Of a DNA stretch of 64,000 bases, positions 35,936 to 50,036 are shown in pieces; positions within the stretch are counted from its first letter, which is position 1; every line of letters begins with the position of its first letter. Source of the DNA: the human T2T-CHM13v2.0 reference genome, Homo sapiens. Location: the NCBI RefSeq assembly GCF_009914755.1, contig NC_060942.1. One strand, given 5' to 3'. The translations under genes and the position numbers were made by a program. The notes beneath the pieces were generated by a model. The model had not been told where the DNA came from and made no database searches. It saw only the letters and a list, made by a program, of their open reading frames with translations.

Positions 35936-36849
35936 AGCTCTCCAGATGACGTGCACGCACACTAAACACCCAGAAGTTAGGGAGGCACTGATCCAGTGAA
36001 GTCCTCAGATCAACCTTGTGAGCTTTTTACAAGTACCTGTCACTGTTAAACTGCTGATGAAATGTGAAACGACTTCACAGGTTTTCAGTCTGATAAGCTC
36101 TCCTGTGTCACTGTCCCTTACCTTGTTAGTAAAGGTCAATGGTTCTCAAAGTTCCGGGCACATCCCCTGGGGGCTCATAAAACCAGACTGTCGGCCACTT
36201 CAGCCTTCTGGTTCGCTGTTCCTTGGTAATGCAGATGGCCCAGTAAGCAACTCTACAAACATTAGAACATTTTGAGGTAGACAGGGGAACTTAATCACCC
36301 CTTGTAGGCCCCCAGAAGACTGGACCCAACATCCAGCACAATGCCTCTCAGCCTTGGCTGTGCATCTGAAACACCTGCTGTTTGAAGACACCTGGGCCTG
36401 GAGACGGGCCAGAGCCACCTTGGTGGTCTGAGTATGAGGCCAGCATTAGAACCTCTGCTCTACGGGTGACTGCCCTGGGTTGATTTTTTTCCAGTATTAT
36501 CTTTAGTACAGAATCTTTTCCTCTCTAAGGGCCTGAGACCCTCTCTTAGGAATAGAAGTACAGTTTTCTTCCCCACTCCTTTTGTCCAGAAGGAAAACCT
36601 GGTTTTACATCAGAAACTTGAGGTACTTTGAAAATTTGCCAGCTGCCTTGAAGGAGAGAGGGCTTGAGTGTATTTTGGGGGAAGAATGAGGGGACAACAG
36701 GGCAGGGAGAAGGGACAGAGCTAGAGGAAGGACAGGCCTGTGCCACCCAGGCCAGGGTAAGGGGAGCAGAGACCTTTTGGTTCCTGGTTTGTGACACAGG
36801 AAGGGAGGGAACTGGGGAGGACAGGTCATGATCAGTGTTTCCTGATTAA

Positions 36850-37078
36850 AAATTTTTTATTTTTATTTTTAATTATCATGGGCACAGAGTAGGTGTATAT
36901 ATTTGTGGGGTACATGAGATGTTTTGATACAGACATGCAATGTGAAAAAGCACATCATGGAGACTGGGGCACCCATCCCCTCAAGCATTTATCCTTTGTG
37001 TCACAAACAATCCGATTATATTGTTTTAGTTATTTTTAAATATGCAATTAAATTGTTATTGACTATAGTCACCCTTCT
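36850..37078 (-). mobile_element. L1MA-like 3' end fragment
   Basis: gtaggtgtatatatttgtggggtacatgagatgttttgatacag... Confidence 0.75.
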
Positions 37079-37140
37079 GTGCTGCTGCTCTACTGTGGCC
37101 TCAAAGATCATAAATGCTGTGGGTGCTGGCAAGATACTGA

Positions 37141-37146
37141 AATAAA
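37141..37146 (+). terminator. Candidate distal poly(A) signal AATAAA
   Basis: AATAAA followed by U-rich sequence; fits a recalled long RBFA 3' UTR. Confidence 0.5.
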
Positions 37147-37305
37147 TTAATTCTGTATTTCTAAAAATAATTTCATACTTTCTTTTTACAGAAGGAATAT
37201 ATATTCTTTGTTGAAAAATGTTAAAACAGATACCAATAGAATAGAGGAAACAAAAGCCCCATGTAGTCTCAGCTACCAGAGATACCACTGTTAAATTTTG
37301 GTGTA

Positions 37306-37465
37306 GCATCAGGTGCGGTGGCACGTGCTGTTAGTACTCAGGAGACTGAGGCAGGAGGATCACTGGAGTCTGGGAGTTTGAGGCTGCAAGCACATTGATT
37401 GCACCTGTGAATAGTCACTGCACTCCATCCTGGGCGACAGAGTGAGGCCCTGTCTCAAAAAAAAG
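37306..37465 (+). mobile_element. Alu monomer (FRAM/AluJ right arm)
   Basis: gactgaggcaggaggatcac...ccctgtctcaaaaaaaa. Confidence 0.8.
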
Positions 37466-38857
37466 ATGGTAACATCAGAATGTTAACCGAGCATGAGGTC
37501 CCCATGCCCACATGGGCAGCACACCTGGGAAGCCAGCCCTGATGTCAGTTAATCCTCAGGCCTCTTTGAGGTGTGCCATTTGCCCTAGGGATGTCCTGTA
37601 TGGCAAAGGGCCTGTTCCAGAGGCACTTGTTATGTTTACCTGTCACCCTCAATCCCATGCCCTCGAGTAGCTCTTGGGCTTCCTTGAGCCTTCGTGGCCC
37701 TAATTTTGAGGAGTGCAGCCGTTATTTTGTGGAGTGTTCCTCAGTTTGGGCTTGTCTGGTGTTTCCTCATGATCACATTTAGTACTTGCTTTTTTGCAGG
37801 GACATCACAGCAGTGATGCTGTGCTGTCAGTGTTGGGTTGTATGTTCCTGGTGATGTCCACAATGATGAGCTGAAGAAAGGGGTGTCTGTTGGGCTTCTC
37901 CCTGTGAACTTACTCTTAAGTATTTACTTTTTGAAACAAATGAAAACAGAGACACAAGACACCAAAACCTCTGGGATACGATAAAAGCAGTGCTAAAACG
38001 GAAGCTTATACCATTAAATGCCTACTTCAAACATACAAAAGATCACAAATTAACAACCTAACATTGCACCTCAAGGAACTAGAAAAATAAGAACAAATCA
38101 AAGTCAAAGCTAGCAGAAGAAATAAGAAATATGAGGGCAGAACTAAATGAAGTTGAGACCAAAAGAAAAATACAAAGGATCAATGAAATGAAAAGTTGGT
38201 TTTTTGAAAAAGTAAACAAAATTGATAGGCTGATAGCTAGATTAACCAAGAAACAGAAGATGCAAATAAACACAGTCAGAAATAAAAATGGAGGCAGTAC
38301 AACTAACACCACAGAAATGCAAAAGATCCTCAGAGACTACTGTGAATACCTCTACATTCACAAACTAGAAAACCTAGAGGAAATGGATAATGCCTGGAAA
38401 CATACAGACTCCTAAGGTTGAACCAGGAAGAAACAGAAATCCTGAACAGACCAATAGTGAGTGGTGAGCTTGAATCAGTAATAAAAAGAATCTCAACAAC
38501 AGAAAAGCCCAGGGCCAGACAGATTCATGCCAAGTTCTACTGGACATGCAAAGAGGAATCGGTACCAATCCTACTGAAACTGTTCCAAAAAATCAAGGAG
38601 GAGGAAATCCTCCCTAACTCAGCCTGCAAAGCCAGTATCACCCTGATACCAAAGCTAGGCACACAGCCAAAACAACAACTACAGGCCAATGTCCCTGATG
38701 AACATAGGTGCAAAAATCCTGAGTGAAATACTAGCAAACCAAATCCAACAGCACATCAAAAAGATAACACACAATCAAGTGAGTTTTCTTTTTCAGGGGT
38801 GTAAGGATGGTTTAACATACACAAATGAATAAATGTGATTCACCACATACACAATTA

Positions 38858-39229
<372 letters not shown>

Positions 39230-39394
39230 CTAGACACAGAAGAAACATACCTCAAAATAATAAAAGCCATATACAACAAACCCATAGCCAACATCATACT
39301 GAATGGGGAAAAGTTGAAAGCATTCTTCCTAGAACTGGAACAAGACAGGGATGCCCATTTTGACCACTTATTGAACATAGTTTTGGAAGTTCTA

Positions 39395-39744
<350 letters not shown>

Positions 39745-41799
39745 CCCCACAAAATCCAAATGGGAAAAGAGAAAGTTAAATTATCTGTTTGCTGATGATA
39801 CGATCTTATATCTAGAAAATCCTGAAGACTCTTCCAAAGGACTCCTAGATTTGATAAATTATTTCAGCAAAGTTTCAGGATAGAAAATCAATGAACAAAA
39901 ATAAGTAGTATTTCTATACACCGATAATGATCAAGCTGAGAACCAAATCAAGAACTCAATTCCATTTACAATAACTACAAACAAACAAAATCCTAGGAGT
40001 ACATTTGACCAAGGAAGTGAAAGACCTTTACAAGGAGAACTTCAAAACACTGGTGAAAGAAATCATAGATGACACAAACAAATGGAAAAATGTCTCATGC
40101 CCATGGCTTGGAAAAATCAGTATCATTAAAATGACCATACTGCCTAAAGCAATCTACAGATACAGTGCAATTCCTATCAAATTACCAATGTCATTTTTCA
40201 CAGAATTAGAAAAAAAAATCCTAAAATTCATATGGAACCATAAAAGAGCCCAAATAGCCAAAACATCCTAAGCAAAAAGAACAAAGCAGGAGGCATCACG
40301 TTACCTGACTTCAAATTATACTACAAGGCTATAGTAACCAAAACAGCATGGTACTGGTATAAAAATGGAAACACAGATCAATGGAACAGAATAAAGAACC
40401 CAGATAAAGCCACATACCTACAACCAACTGATCTTTGATAAAGTTGACAAAAATATATACTGGGGAAAGGACACTCTATTCAATAAATGATGCTGGAAAA
40501 ATTGGATAGTCATGTGTAGAAGAATGAAACTGGACCCTATCTTTCACCATGTAAAAAAATTAACTCAAGATGTATTAAAGACAAATGTAAGGCCTCAAAC
40601 TATAAAAATCGTAGAAGAAAACCTAGGAAAAATCCTTCTGGTCATTGGTCTAGGCAAAAATTTATGACTAAGACCTCAAAAGCAAATGCAGCAAAACCAA
40701 AAATGGACAAATGGTCTCTAAAAAGCTTTTGCACAGCAAAAGAAATACTCAGTGGAGTAAACATACAACCTGTGGAATGGGAGAATATATTTGCAAACTA
40801 TGCATCTGACAAAGGACTAATCAGAATTTACAGGGAACTCAGCAAGGAAAAAAACAAATAACCTCATTAAATAGTGGGCAAATGACATGAACAGAAGTTT
40901 TTCAACATACAAGCAGCCAACAAAATATGAAAATAAGGCTCAACCTCACTAATTAATAGAGAAATGCAAATTAATACCACAATGATATGCCATCTTATAC
41001 CAGTCAGAATGGCTACTATTAAAAAGTCAGGAAGCAACCGATGTTGGTGAGGATGTGGAGAAAAGGGAATGCTTATAATCTGTTGATGGGAATGTAAAAT
41101 TAGTACAACCTCTATGGAAAACAGTATGGAGAGTTCTCAAAGAACTAAAAATAGAATTACTATTCAAGCCAGCGATCCCACTACTACCCAAAGGAAAAGA
41201 AATCACGAGTTGCACTCGTGTTTATTGCGGCACTATCACAATAGCAAAGTCATGGGGTCAAGTTAGGTGTCCCTCAACTGATGATTGGATAAATAAAATG
41301 TGATTTATATAGAAATACTAAAAAATTTAGGATATATGTATACACACACACATATACTATGGAATACTATAAGAATGAAATGGTTTTTGCAGCAACATGG
41401 ATGTAACTGGAGGCAGAAACAGAAAGCCATGTTCTCACTTATCAGTGTGAACTAAACAATGTGTACATATGGACATAGAGAATGGAATAATAGACATTGG
41501 AGACTCCAAAAGGTGGTTGGGTAGGAAGGGCATGAGAGATGAGAAGTTACCTATTGGGTACGATGTACACCATTTGGGTGATGGTTACACCAAAAGTTCA
41601 GACTTCATCACTGAGACATATCCAGGTAACAAAAATGCACCTGTACCCCTACATCTATTTTTCTAAGTATTTCTGTGGAGGTAGTTACAGACTATGTACA
41701 TGTCATGTCCCTTATCAAACTTTCATTTTATTCAGCTGTTTAATCAGCCTGATGCCAAGGTTTCCTATTTGTTATATTCTGTTACTATGTTAATTAATT

Positions 41800-41925
41800 A
41801 AATTTTTAGAGAGGGGGTCTTGCTATGTTACTTAGGCTGGTCTCAAACTCTTGGGCTCAAGCAATCCTCCTGCCTTAGCCTCCCAAGTAGCTGGGACTGC
41901 AGGTGCACACTGCCATGCCCAACTA
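41800..41925 (-). mobile_element. Alu monomer fragment
   Basis: tttttagagagggggtcttgctatgtt...gcctcccaagtagctgggact. Confidence 0.75.
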
Positions 41926-41976
41926 GTTAATTTATCTTCATGCTTAAATCGTCATCAGTTTGGCAGAGGAGAAACT

Positions 41977-42170
41977 GTATTAGTTTCCTGTAGGTGCTAA
42001 TTGCCACAGGCTCGGTGGCTGAAAACAGAAGTTTGCTGCCTCATACTTCTGAAGGCCAGACGTCCAAGATCAAGATGTCAGCAGGGCTGCATTCTCATCT
42101 AAGGCTCTAGAGGAAACTCTTCTTGTTCCTCCCAGCTTCTGGTAGCCTCAGGCATTTCTTGGTTTGTGAG
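41977..42170. mobile_element. MLT1 LTR fragment
   Basis: tgtattagtttcctgt...gtccaagatcaagatgtcagcagggctg. Confidence 0.65.
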
Positions 42171-43139
42171 TGTTGTTGTTTTTGGAAATATAAGCAAATG
42201 TGTGAACGTGTTTGTATTTCCTTCTTGTAATGCAGCACGTGTGTATTGTTCTGAATGCTGCTCTTTGCACTTTGCATTATATCCTGAGTCTCAATATCAG
42301 CAGAGAGTGTCCTTCGAGTTACCATATGGAATCATTTCCTTAGCCCAGTACACCTTTGCTCACACCCTTTTTCTTTGTACCATTAAATTGTCAAGTATAT
42401 TGCATTTCTATACATTATAGGCTCAATGATACATTATAAACATTGTTTTGTACAATTGCATTTTAAATCAGTTATGTAATGAGAGAAGAAAATATGAATT
42501 TATACTGTATTTTATAATTACATGATTACCTTTACTGGTGCTCTTTATGTGGTCTCAGATTTTCATCTCTAGGGCGGACCCCCAGCCCTCTTTTAGCCTG
42601 AAGAGCTTCCTGTAGTATTTTTTGTAAGGCAGGTCTGCTAGCAGTGAATCTTTCAGTTTTTGTTTATTTAGGAAAGTCTTTATTTCACTTCTGTTTTTGA
42701 AAGATAGCTTTGCTGAATGTAGGATTCTTGAGTGACAGTTGTTTTTTTTTTTTTTGAGCACTTTGACTATGTTATCCCACTGCCTTCTGGCCTCCATTAT
42801 TTCTGCTGAGAAGTCCGCTGTTAATCTTGTTGAGGGTTCCTGCCTTATTTTTCTCTTGCTGTTTTCAAGACTTTCTCCTTGTCTTTGCCTTTTGGCATTT
42901 TTATTATGATGTGTCTTTGGAGTTTTTCATGGTGTGTAGATTTGTGTAGATTATTGAGTTTTTGTTGTTAATTTTGGGAAATTTTAGGCCATCGTTTCTT
43001 TGAATATTTCTCTTCTCCTTTCTCTTTCCTCTCCTTTCCGCCATATGTATGCTGGTGCATTTAATCATGTCCCACATTTCTCTGAGGCATCATTCATTTT
43101 TCTATTCTTATTGCATAATCTCCATTGATCGATTTTCTT

Positions 43140-43798
43140 TTTTATTTTATTTATTTATTTAAAGACAGGGTCTCTGTCACCCAGTCTGGAGTACAGTGAC
43201 ATGGTCATAGCTTACCACAACCTCAATCTCATGGGCTCAAGTGACCTTCCTGCCTCAGTATCCAAAGTAGCTGAGACTACAGGCATGCACCACCATGCCT
43301 GACTAACTTTTTAAATTTTTGCCGAGACAGGGTTTTGCTATTAATGTGGTTTGGTTCTGTGTCCCCACCCAAATCTCACCTTGAATTGTGATAATCCCCA
43401 CATGACAAGGGACAGGACAAGGTGGAGATAATTAAGTCATGGGGGTGGTTTCTCCCATACTGTTCTTGTGATAGTGAGTTCTCACGAGATCTGATGATTT
43501 TATAAGGGGCTTCCTTCTTTGCTCGGTTCTCATTCTCTCTCCTGCCGCCCTGCGAAGAGGTGCCTTCTGCCTTGATTGTAAGTTTCCTGAGGCCTACCCT
43601 GCCATGTGGAACTGTGAGTCAACTAAACCTCTTTTCTTTATAAGTTACCCAGTCTTGGGTATTTCTTTATAGCAGTGCGAGAATGGACTATTACAGCTGT
43701 GTTGCCCAGACTGGTCTTGAACTCCTGGCCTGAAGTGATCCTCCCACCTTGCCTCCCAAAATGTTGGGATTACAGGCATGAGCCACCATGCCTGGCCT
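43140..43798 (-). mobile_element. AluJ split by a THE1 LTR
   Basis: Alu breaks at ttttgctat (43341) and resumes at gttgcccagactgg (43701). Confidence 0.85.
43342..43695 (+). mobile_element. Solo THE1C/D-like LTR
   Basis: gtggtttggttctgtgtccccacccaaatctc...gaatggactattaca; TSD gctat/gctgt. Confidence 0.88.
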
Positions 43799-44172
43799 GA
43801 TCTATTTCCAAATTTGCTAATTCTTTCCTTGGCCAGGTGAAATGTATTGTTGAACTGTTCAAGTGAAGTTTTGCTTAGGCTATTAAAATTTCCATCTCCA
43901 CACTTTCCATTTGGTCCTGTTTTATAATTTCTGTGTCATTATTGGTATTCTGTATTTGATTCAGTGTTATAATCATATCTTCTTTTATCCTGATTTCTTT
44001 TAGTTCTTTCAACAAATTGTAATGGCTACTTTGAAGGCTTTTTCTAGTAAGTCTGACATCTGGTCACTCTCATGGAGAGTTTCTGCTGTCTGCTTTATTT
44101 CTGGTTTATAGGTCATGCTTTCCTGTTTCTTTGTATGTGCTGTGATCTTTTTGGAAACTGGACATTTTAGAT

Positions 44173-44523
44173 CAGGGGTCCCCAGCCCCTGGGTTGTGGA
44201 CTGGTACCCATCTGTGGCCTGTTAGGAACGGGGCAGCACAGCAGGAGGTGATTGGCAGGTGAGCCAGCATTACTGCCTGAGCTCCGTCTCCTGTCTGATC
44301 AGTGGCAGCATTAGGCATTAGGTTCTCATAGGAGCACGAACCCTATTGTAAACTGTGCGTGGGAGGGACCTAGGTTGCATGCTTCTTATGAGACTCTAAT
44401 GCCCGATGATCTGAGGTGGAACAGTTTCATTCCAAAAGCATCCCCCAACCCCTTCCCGGTCTGTGGGAAAAAATTGTCTTCCATGAAACCAGTCCCTGGT
44501 GCCCAAAAGGTTGGGTACTGCTG
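44173..44523. mobile_element. MER1B-like hAT-Charlie MITE
   Basis: TIRs caggggtccccagcc / ggttgggtactgctg; 8-bp TSD ttttagat/tttcagat. Confidence 0.85.
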
Positions 44524-46413
44524 TTTCAGATGATGTACGTAGCATCTCTGGGCACGGACCCTTCTCTCTAGGCTTGTTATTGTAATTTACTTGTTTATTT
44601 AGTGACTGGCTGGCTTATTTTACTGGAGTCTACCTATGCCCAACCCCAAACTCCCAGTGTTAAGTATCTAATGTTGTTCCTCAGGGAACTCAGCCTTGGC
44701 CATGTCCACAGTCACCCTGGGATTTAGTAGGAACGCTCCTTTGATCAGGGCGTGGCTCACTTTGACTCTCTTTTCCTGGCCATACCCAGCTGTCTAATCC
44801 ACTAATCGCTCTATTGTTTTAACAACACTCTGGAGCATAAATCACTCTACATCCTAAAGAATCAAATTTAGGATCCTTTGAAGGGTAGTTCCTGAGGCCT
44901 GTGTTTGAGATTTGTTCTGACTTCGGCAGGCTCCTCGGAGCTGTCTCTTTTACACGTTCTCTTGGGCAAACTAGCATGTCTACAGCCAAGCCTGCATCTG
45001 CGCTTTCCCTTCAGCCGTTCACTGTTTTTGAGAGCACTCTTAGGCTTGCACCTCCCCACACTTTGTTTCAGTGAAATCAGCTCCTTTGGGAAGAGATTCG
45101 GAGTTATCTGTTTTATAGCCTGCTCCCTCCAGGCACAACCCCTGGAGCTTGGTGGGTGGTGATGAGGGAACCCTGGCAAGCTTCCTTTTGGGTGACACCC
45201 ATCATCACCCACCTAGGAGTTGAGATTCGGGGTGGGGGGCGGGCAGTAGCCTGAGGTCTTCTTGGCTTGCCTCTCCTGTGGTGAAACCACCACCAGGACC
45301 CCAGTATTTTCAGCGCCAGGTGCCCAAGAGCCCTCGTCCCACAGAGACCAGTGTGGAAGGAGGCCCTGCCTTTCCCGGGAGGGAACGCCATCGTGGCCGG
45401 GGAGTGGGTGTTGTGTGGGTGAGGAGGAAATGCAAGTGTCTGCACACATCCCTGTGTTTCTAAAACAGTATTCGTGACCGCCTCTCCGCAGGTGCATGGG
45501 TGGGGCCCCAGAGACGGGGACAGGAAGACCGGGCATCCTTCCTTGCAGGGAGTCTTGAGGTGGGGTGGGTCACGAGCCTCTCCAGTGTTCTCAGTGCCAG
45601 ATCCCAGAGTGTGGGGGTTGCAGCTCACTGAGCCCAGCCCCCTGGCTCTGCAGAGCGGACCCCCAGCCCTCGGCCCTGTGCATGGACCCCTGTGGTGTGT
45701 GACCCACATTTTATAGGAAATCATCTTCACCTTTTCCAGTGCACTTGAATTTGCCAAAACCACAGCTTTATCCACACCCAAAGCATGACACCACCAAAAC
45801 AAGAAAGAAAGCCACCTTGCCCCCTAGAATCCCCCCAGGGCCTGCACCCCACCCTCCCGAGGCACTCGGGGCCTTTCCTGGGAGGCTCAGGGCTGCCCTT
45901 GGGGGCTCAGCTTCTTCCCAGCTTCCCCAGGCGCACAGTGCTGAGGGCTGGACCATGGATGATTCGGGTTTTCTGGGATTTTAGAAATTCTTAGATGTGG
46001 CCTAAGGGGAAAAGGAGAAACGAACCCACCATGAGAATGTCTGGTTTCTCTTTCAGCCAGCGGTTCAAGTGGTATTTGCAATGTTTTTTATTCACTTTGC
46101 AGTGTTTCTAAGAATATGCTTCTAATGTGCAGCTTCTGACAAACAGCCAGAGACGAACGTTCATGGGTGTCTGGTCTGCATGAAGGGTGTCCTGCAGGAA
46201 GAGGGGGCGGAGGGGCCCTGTTTCTGCAGGCGGCTTGGGGCCCCCTGGCTGCAGGCAGGAGAGAGGGTGGTGACTTGAGATGTGTTTCAGAGTTAAGTAT
46301 TATAATTTATCTTTATTATTTGCGTTTTGTGGTGCTTACTCAGCATTGGGCAGCATAGATACAGCCATTACTCTAAGTGTCAGCAAACACAGTGTCTTAT
46401 TTTTAAGTGAATG

Positions 46414-46725
46414 TGTTATAGGAAAAGGGTCCTGATCCAGACCCTAAGAGAGGGTTCTTGGATCTCGTGCAAGAAAGAATTCAGGGCGAGTCCATAGGGT
46501 AAAGTGAAAGCGAGTTTATTAGGAAAGTTAAGGAATAAAGAATGGCTACTCCATAGACAGAACAGCCCCAAGGGCTGCTGGTTGCCTGTTTTTATGGTTA
46601 TTTCTTGATTATTTGCTAAACGGAGTGGATTATTCATGCCTTCCCTTTGTAGACCGTACAGGGTAACTTCCTATATGGAAACACCTATTTAAGATGTAAA
46701 TGCTCTGGTTCAAATGCCTCTGACA
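46414..46725 (-). mobile_element. MER41-like LTR with a large internal deletion
   Basis: Both MER41 termini are present (TGTCAGAGGC..GAACCAGAGC and GGGTCTGGATCAGGACCC..TAACA) but span only 312 bp. Confidence 0.75.
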
Positions 46726-47488
46726 TTTCCCCCTCCCTTTTACAAGAGAACCCTTAATCCTAAGGGTTGCAGAGGGACAGAGATCCATCTTCTGTAACTT
46801 CTTCAGGCTGAATAGAGGTGATGATATTCCTGCCTAACTGTTAGGTCTCTCGCATTCAGGTTAGACAGGAGCTCCCGTGTGGCGAGAGCCGTTCATAACT
46901 CCAAGTTCTGACAAATTTAAGAATTTAAGAAATTTAAGGAAACATTCTGTAAGCTTATCCTGCAATCCTACACAGAGCACAACAGTGATATATTCCACAA
47001 CAGTAAGGCAAAATAAGTAAAATTACCCCAAGTAAACTAAATCAGAAGGCTTTCCATGAACTAGGCAACTGCTGGAACCAAGCTGACAGGAGGTCGCTAG
47101 CTGATTCCAATGTGCCTAGAATTAGAATATTGAGTCAGATTTTTACATTTCCCATCCCTCTTGTTTCTTCTGAGCAGCAGCCAGAGTTCACTGGTTGGTT
47201 CACAGGAGTAAGCAGGGTTAGTCTAAGTTGCAGGAAAAAATTCTTAAAAATAACTGATGAGACTAGAATTTAAAAATAGGTGTACCATAGTTTTTGAAAC
47301 ATAATTTCTGTCTCTCCAGTACCCCATTTTCACTAAGGACAAATCATTGTAAGACTGATTTGCTTTATTATACTTGGCCTGATTATTTGTATAAAGTGCA
47401 GCAAGAATAATTATTTTTCACATAGACTTTTAAAATTGGCTTTGATGAAACTGTGTTCCATAGAAGGAATCTCAGATAAGACTTTTTT

Positions 47489-48294
47489 CTTTTATTATTA
47501 TTATTTTTTATTATTATACTTTAAGTTCTAGGATACATATGCACAGTGTGCAGGTTTGTTACATAGGTATACATGTGCCATGTTGGTGTGCTGCACCCAT
47601 TAACTCGTCATTTACATCAGGTATTTCTCCTAATGTTATCCCTCCCCCTGCCCCACACCCCATGACAGGCCCGCGTGTGTGATGTTCCCCTTCCTGTGTC
47701 CGAGTGTTCTCATTGTTCAGTTCCCACCTATGAGTGAGAACATGCGGTGGTTGGTTTTTCTGTCCTTATGATAGTTTGCTCAGAATGATGGTTTCCAGCT
47801 TCATCCATGTCCCTGCAAAGGACATGAACTCATCCTTTTTTATGGCTGCATAGTATTCCATGGTGTATATGTGCCACATTTTCTTAATCCAGTCTATCAT
47901 TGGTGGACATTTGGGTTGGTTTCAAGTTTTTGCTATTGTGAATAGTGCCACAATAAACATACGTGTGCATGTGTCTTTATCGTAGCATGATTTATAATCC
48001 TTTGGGTATATACCCAGTAATGGGATCGCTGGGTCAAATGGTATTTCTAGCTCTAGATCCTTGAGGAATTGCCACACTGACTTCCACAATGGTTGAACTA
48101 GTTCACAGTCCCACCAACAGCGTAAAAGTGTTCCTGTTTCTCCACATCCTGTCCAGCGTCTGTTGTTTCCTGACTTTTCAATGATTGCCATTCTAACTAG
48201 TGTGAGATGGTATCTCATTGTGGTTTTGATTTGCATTTCTCTGATGACCAGTGATGATGAGCATTTTTTCATGTGTCTGTCGGCTGCATAAATG
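47489..48294 (-). mobile_element. 5'-truncated L1PA, ~0.8 kb
   Basis: ORF2 C-terminus (ORF 47922-48272) plus 3' UTR; TSD gataagactttttt at 47475 and 48295. Confidence 0.93.
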
Positions 48295-48654
48295 GATAAG
48301 ACTTTTTTTTAAAAGCCGAGCCTAGCCATGGCTTTGTGCCCTAAAATACCTATGAGTTAGGTAAATTCCTCTCCTCTTGAGGTCACAAGATAACTTGGGG
48401 CTCCTGAGCCTGTCATAAAGTGACATTTTTCACTTACCACAGGTCAGGCCCCCTGTCCAGGGACTATATAGACAAGGTATGTTTTCCCGAGGGGCTTTTA
48501 TTGACTCTACAAGTCAAGTTGGATTCCTTAAAGGAAAACACACTATTCCAGTCAAAGCCTTGGTAAAATAGCCAGTTTCTCCAGTTGTGTCCTGTTACAA
48601 ATGAAAACAGATTCTTATTGCACTTATGCAAACAACTGTATTGCCATAAATTAA

Positions 48655-49073
<419 letters not shown>

Positions 49074-49735
49074 TACTCAATTGTTAGAAGCTGCAAATAG
49101 CTTAAGTTTCCTTGACTCTGAAAAAGAAAACAAAGGATCAGCAACATTTTAAGCGAAGTTAAAAAGATTACTTCAGTTTAGTCCACGCAGTTAACTCCAG
49201 TTCTGCTTGCTATTCATGAATATTTTGGCTTTCCATGAGTCCTGAAAGTTTTTTCCTCTATTCTAATGTCACAACTTCCAAAGCTGTCGGAAACCTGCAT
49301 TTAAGTGCACCTGTCAAAGTCCTATGGTTGATTATAAAACCACCTTTTAAAGAGGACCAAAACAAGACAATTGTCTGTGGATGACAAAAGTCTTAGGCCA
49401 GCCACTATTAAAGTCAAAATTGATAATGAAATTTGGTTATTTCTGTGGCATATAACAATATTATGTAACAATTTTCACTATTAATAACATACACTAAGTC
49501 ATATCAGAATTATAGAACTTTCTTATAATTTTGGAACACATACCAATAACATATTTATTCAAATACAGCCCAAAGTTAGCCAAACATTATTTCATATTTG
49601 ACAATGCTTCCTGTATGATTTTTATACCAAATAAGCCAAATCTCACCTTTACATTAGTGTACTATTAATGCTAAACCCTAATCTTAATAAAACCTTATAG
49701 ACAAATGTATTTAATCTTAATCAGTTTGACCATAA

Positions 49736-50036
<301 letters not shown>

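Larger units (their letters stand above)
42200..44160 (-). mobile_element. Ancient L1M ORF1-region fragment
   Basis: ORF 42555-42797 MEARRQWDNIVKVLK...RILHSAKLSFKN resembles the L1 ORF1p C-terminus. Confidence 0.7.
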
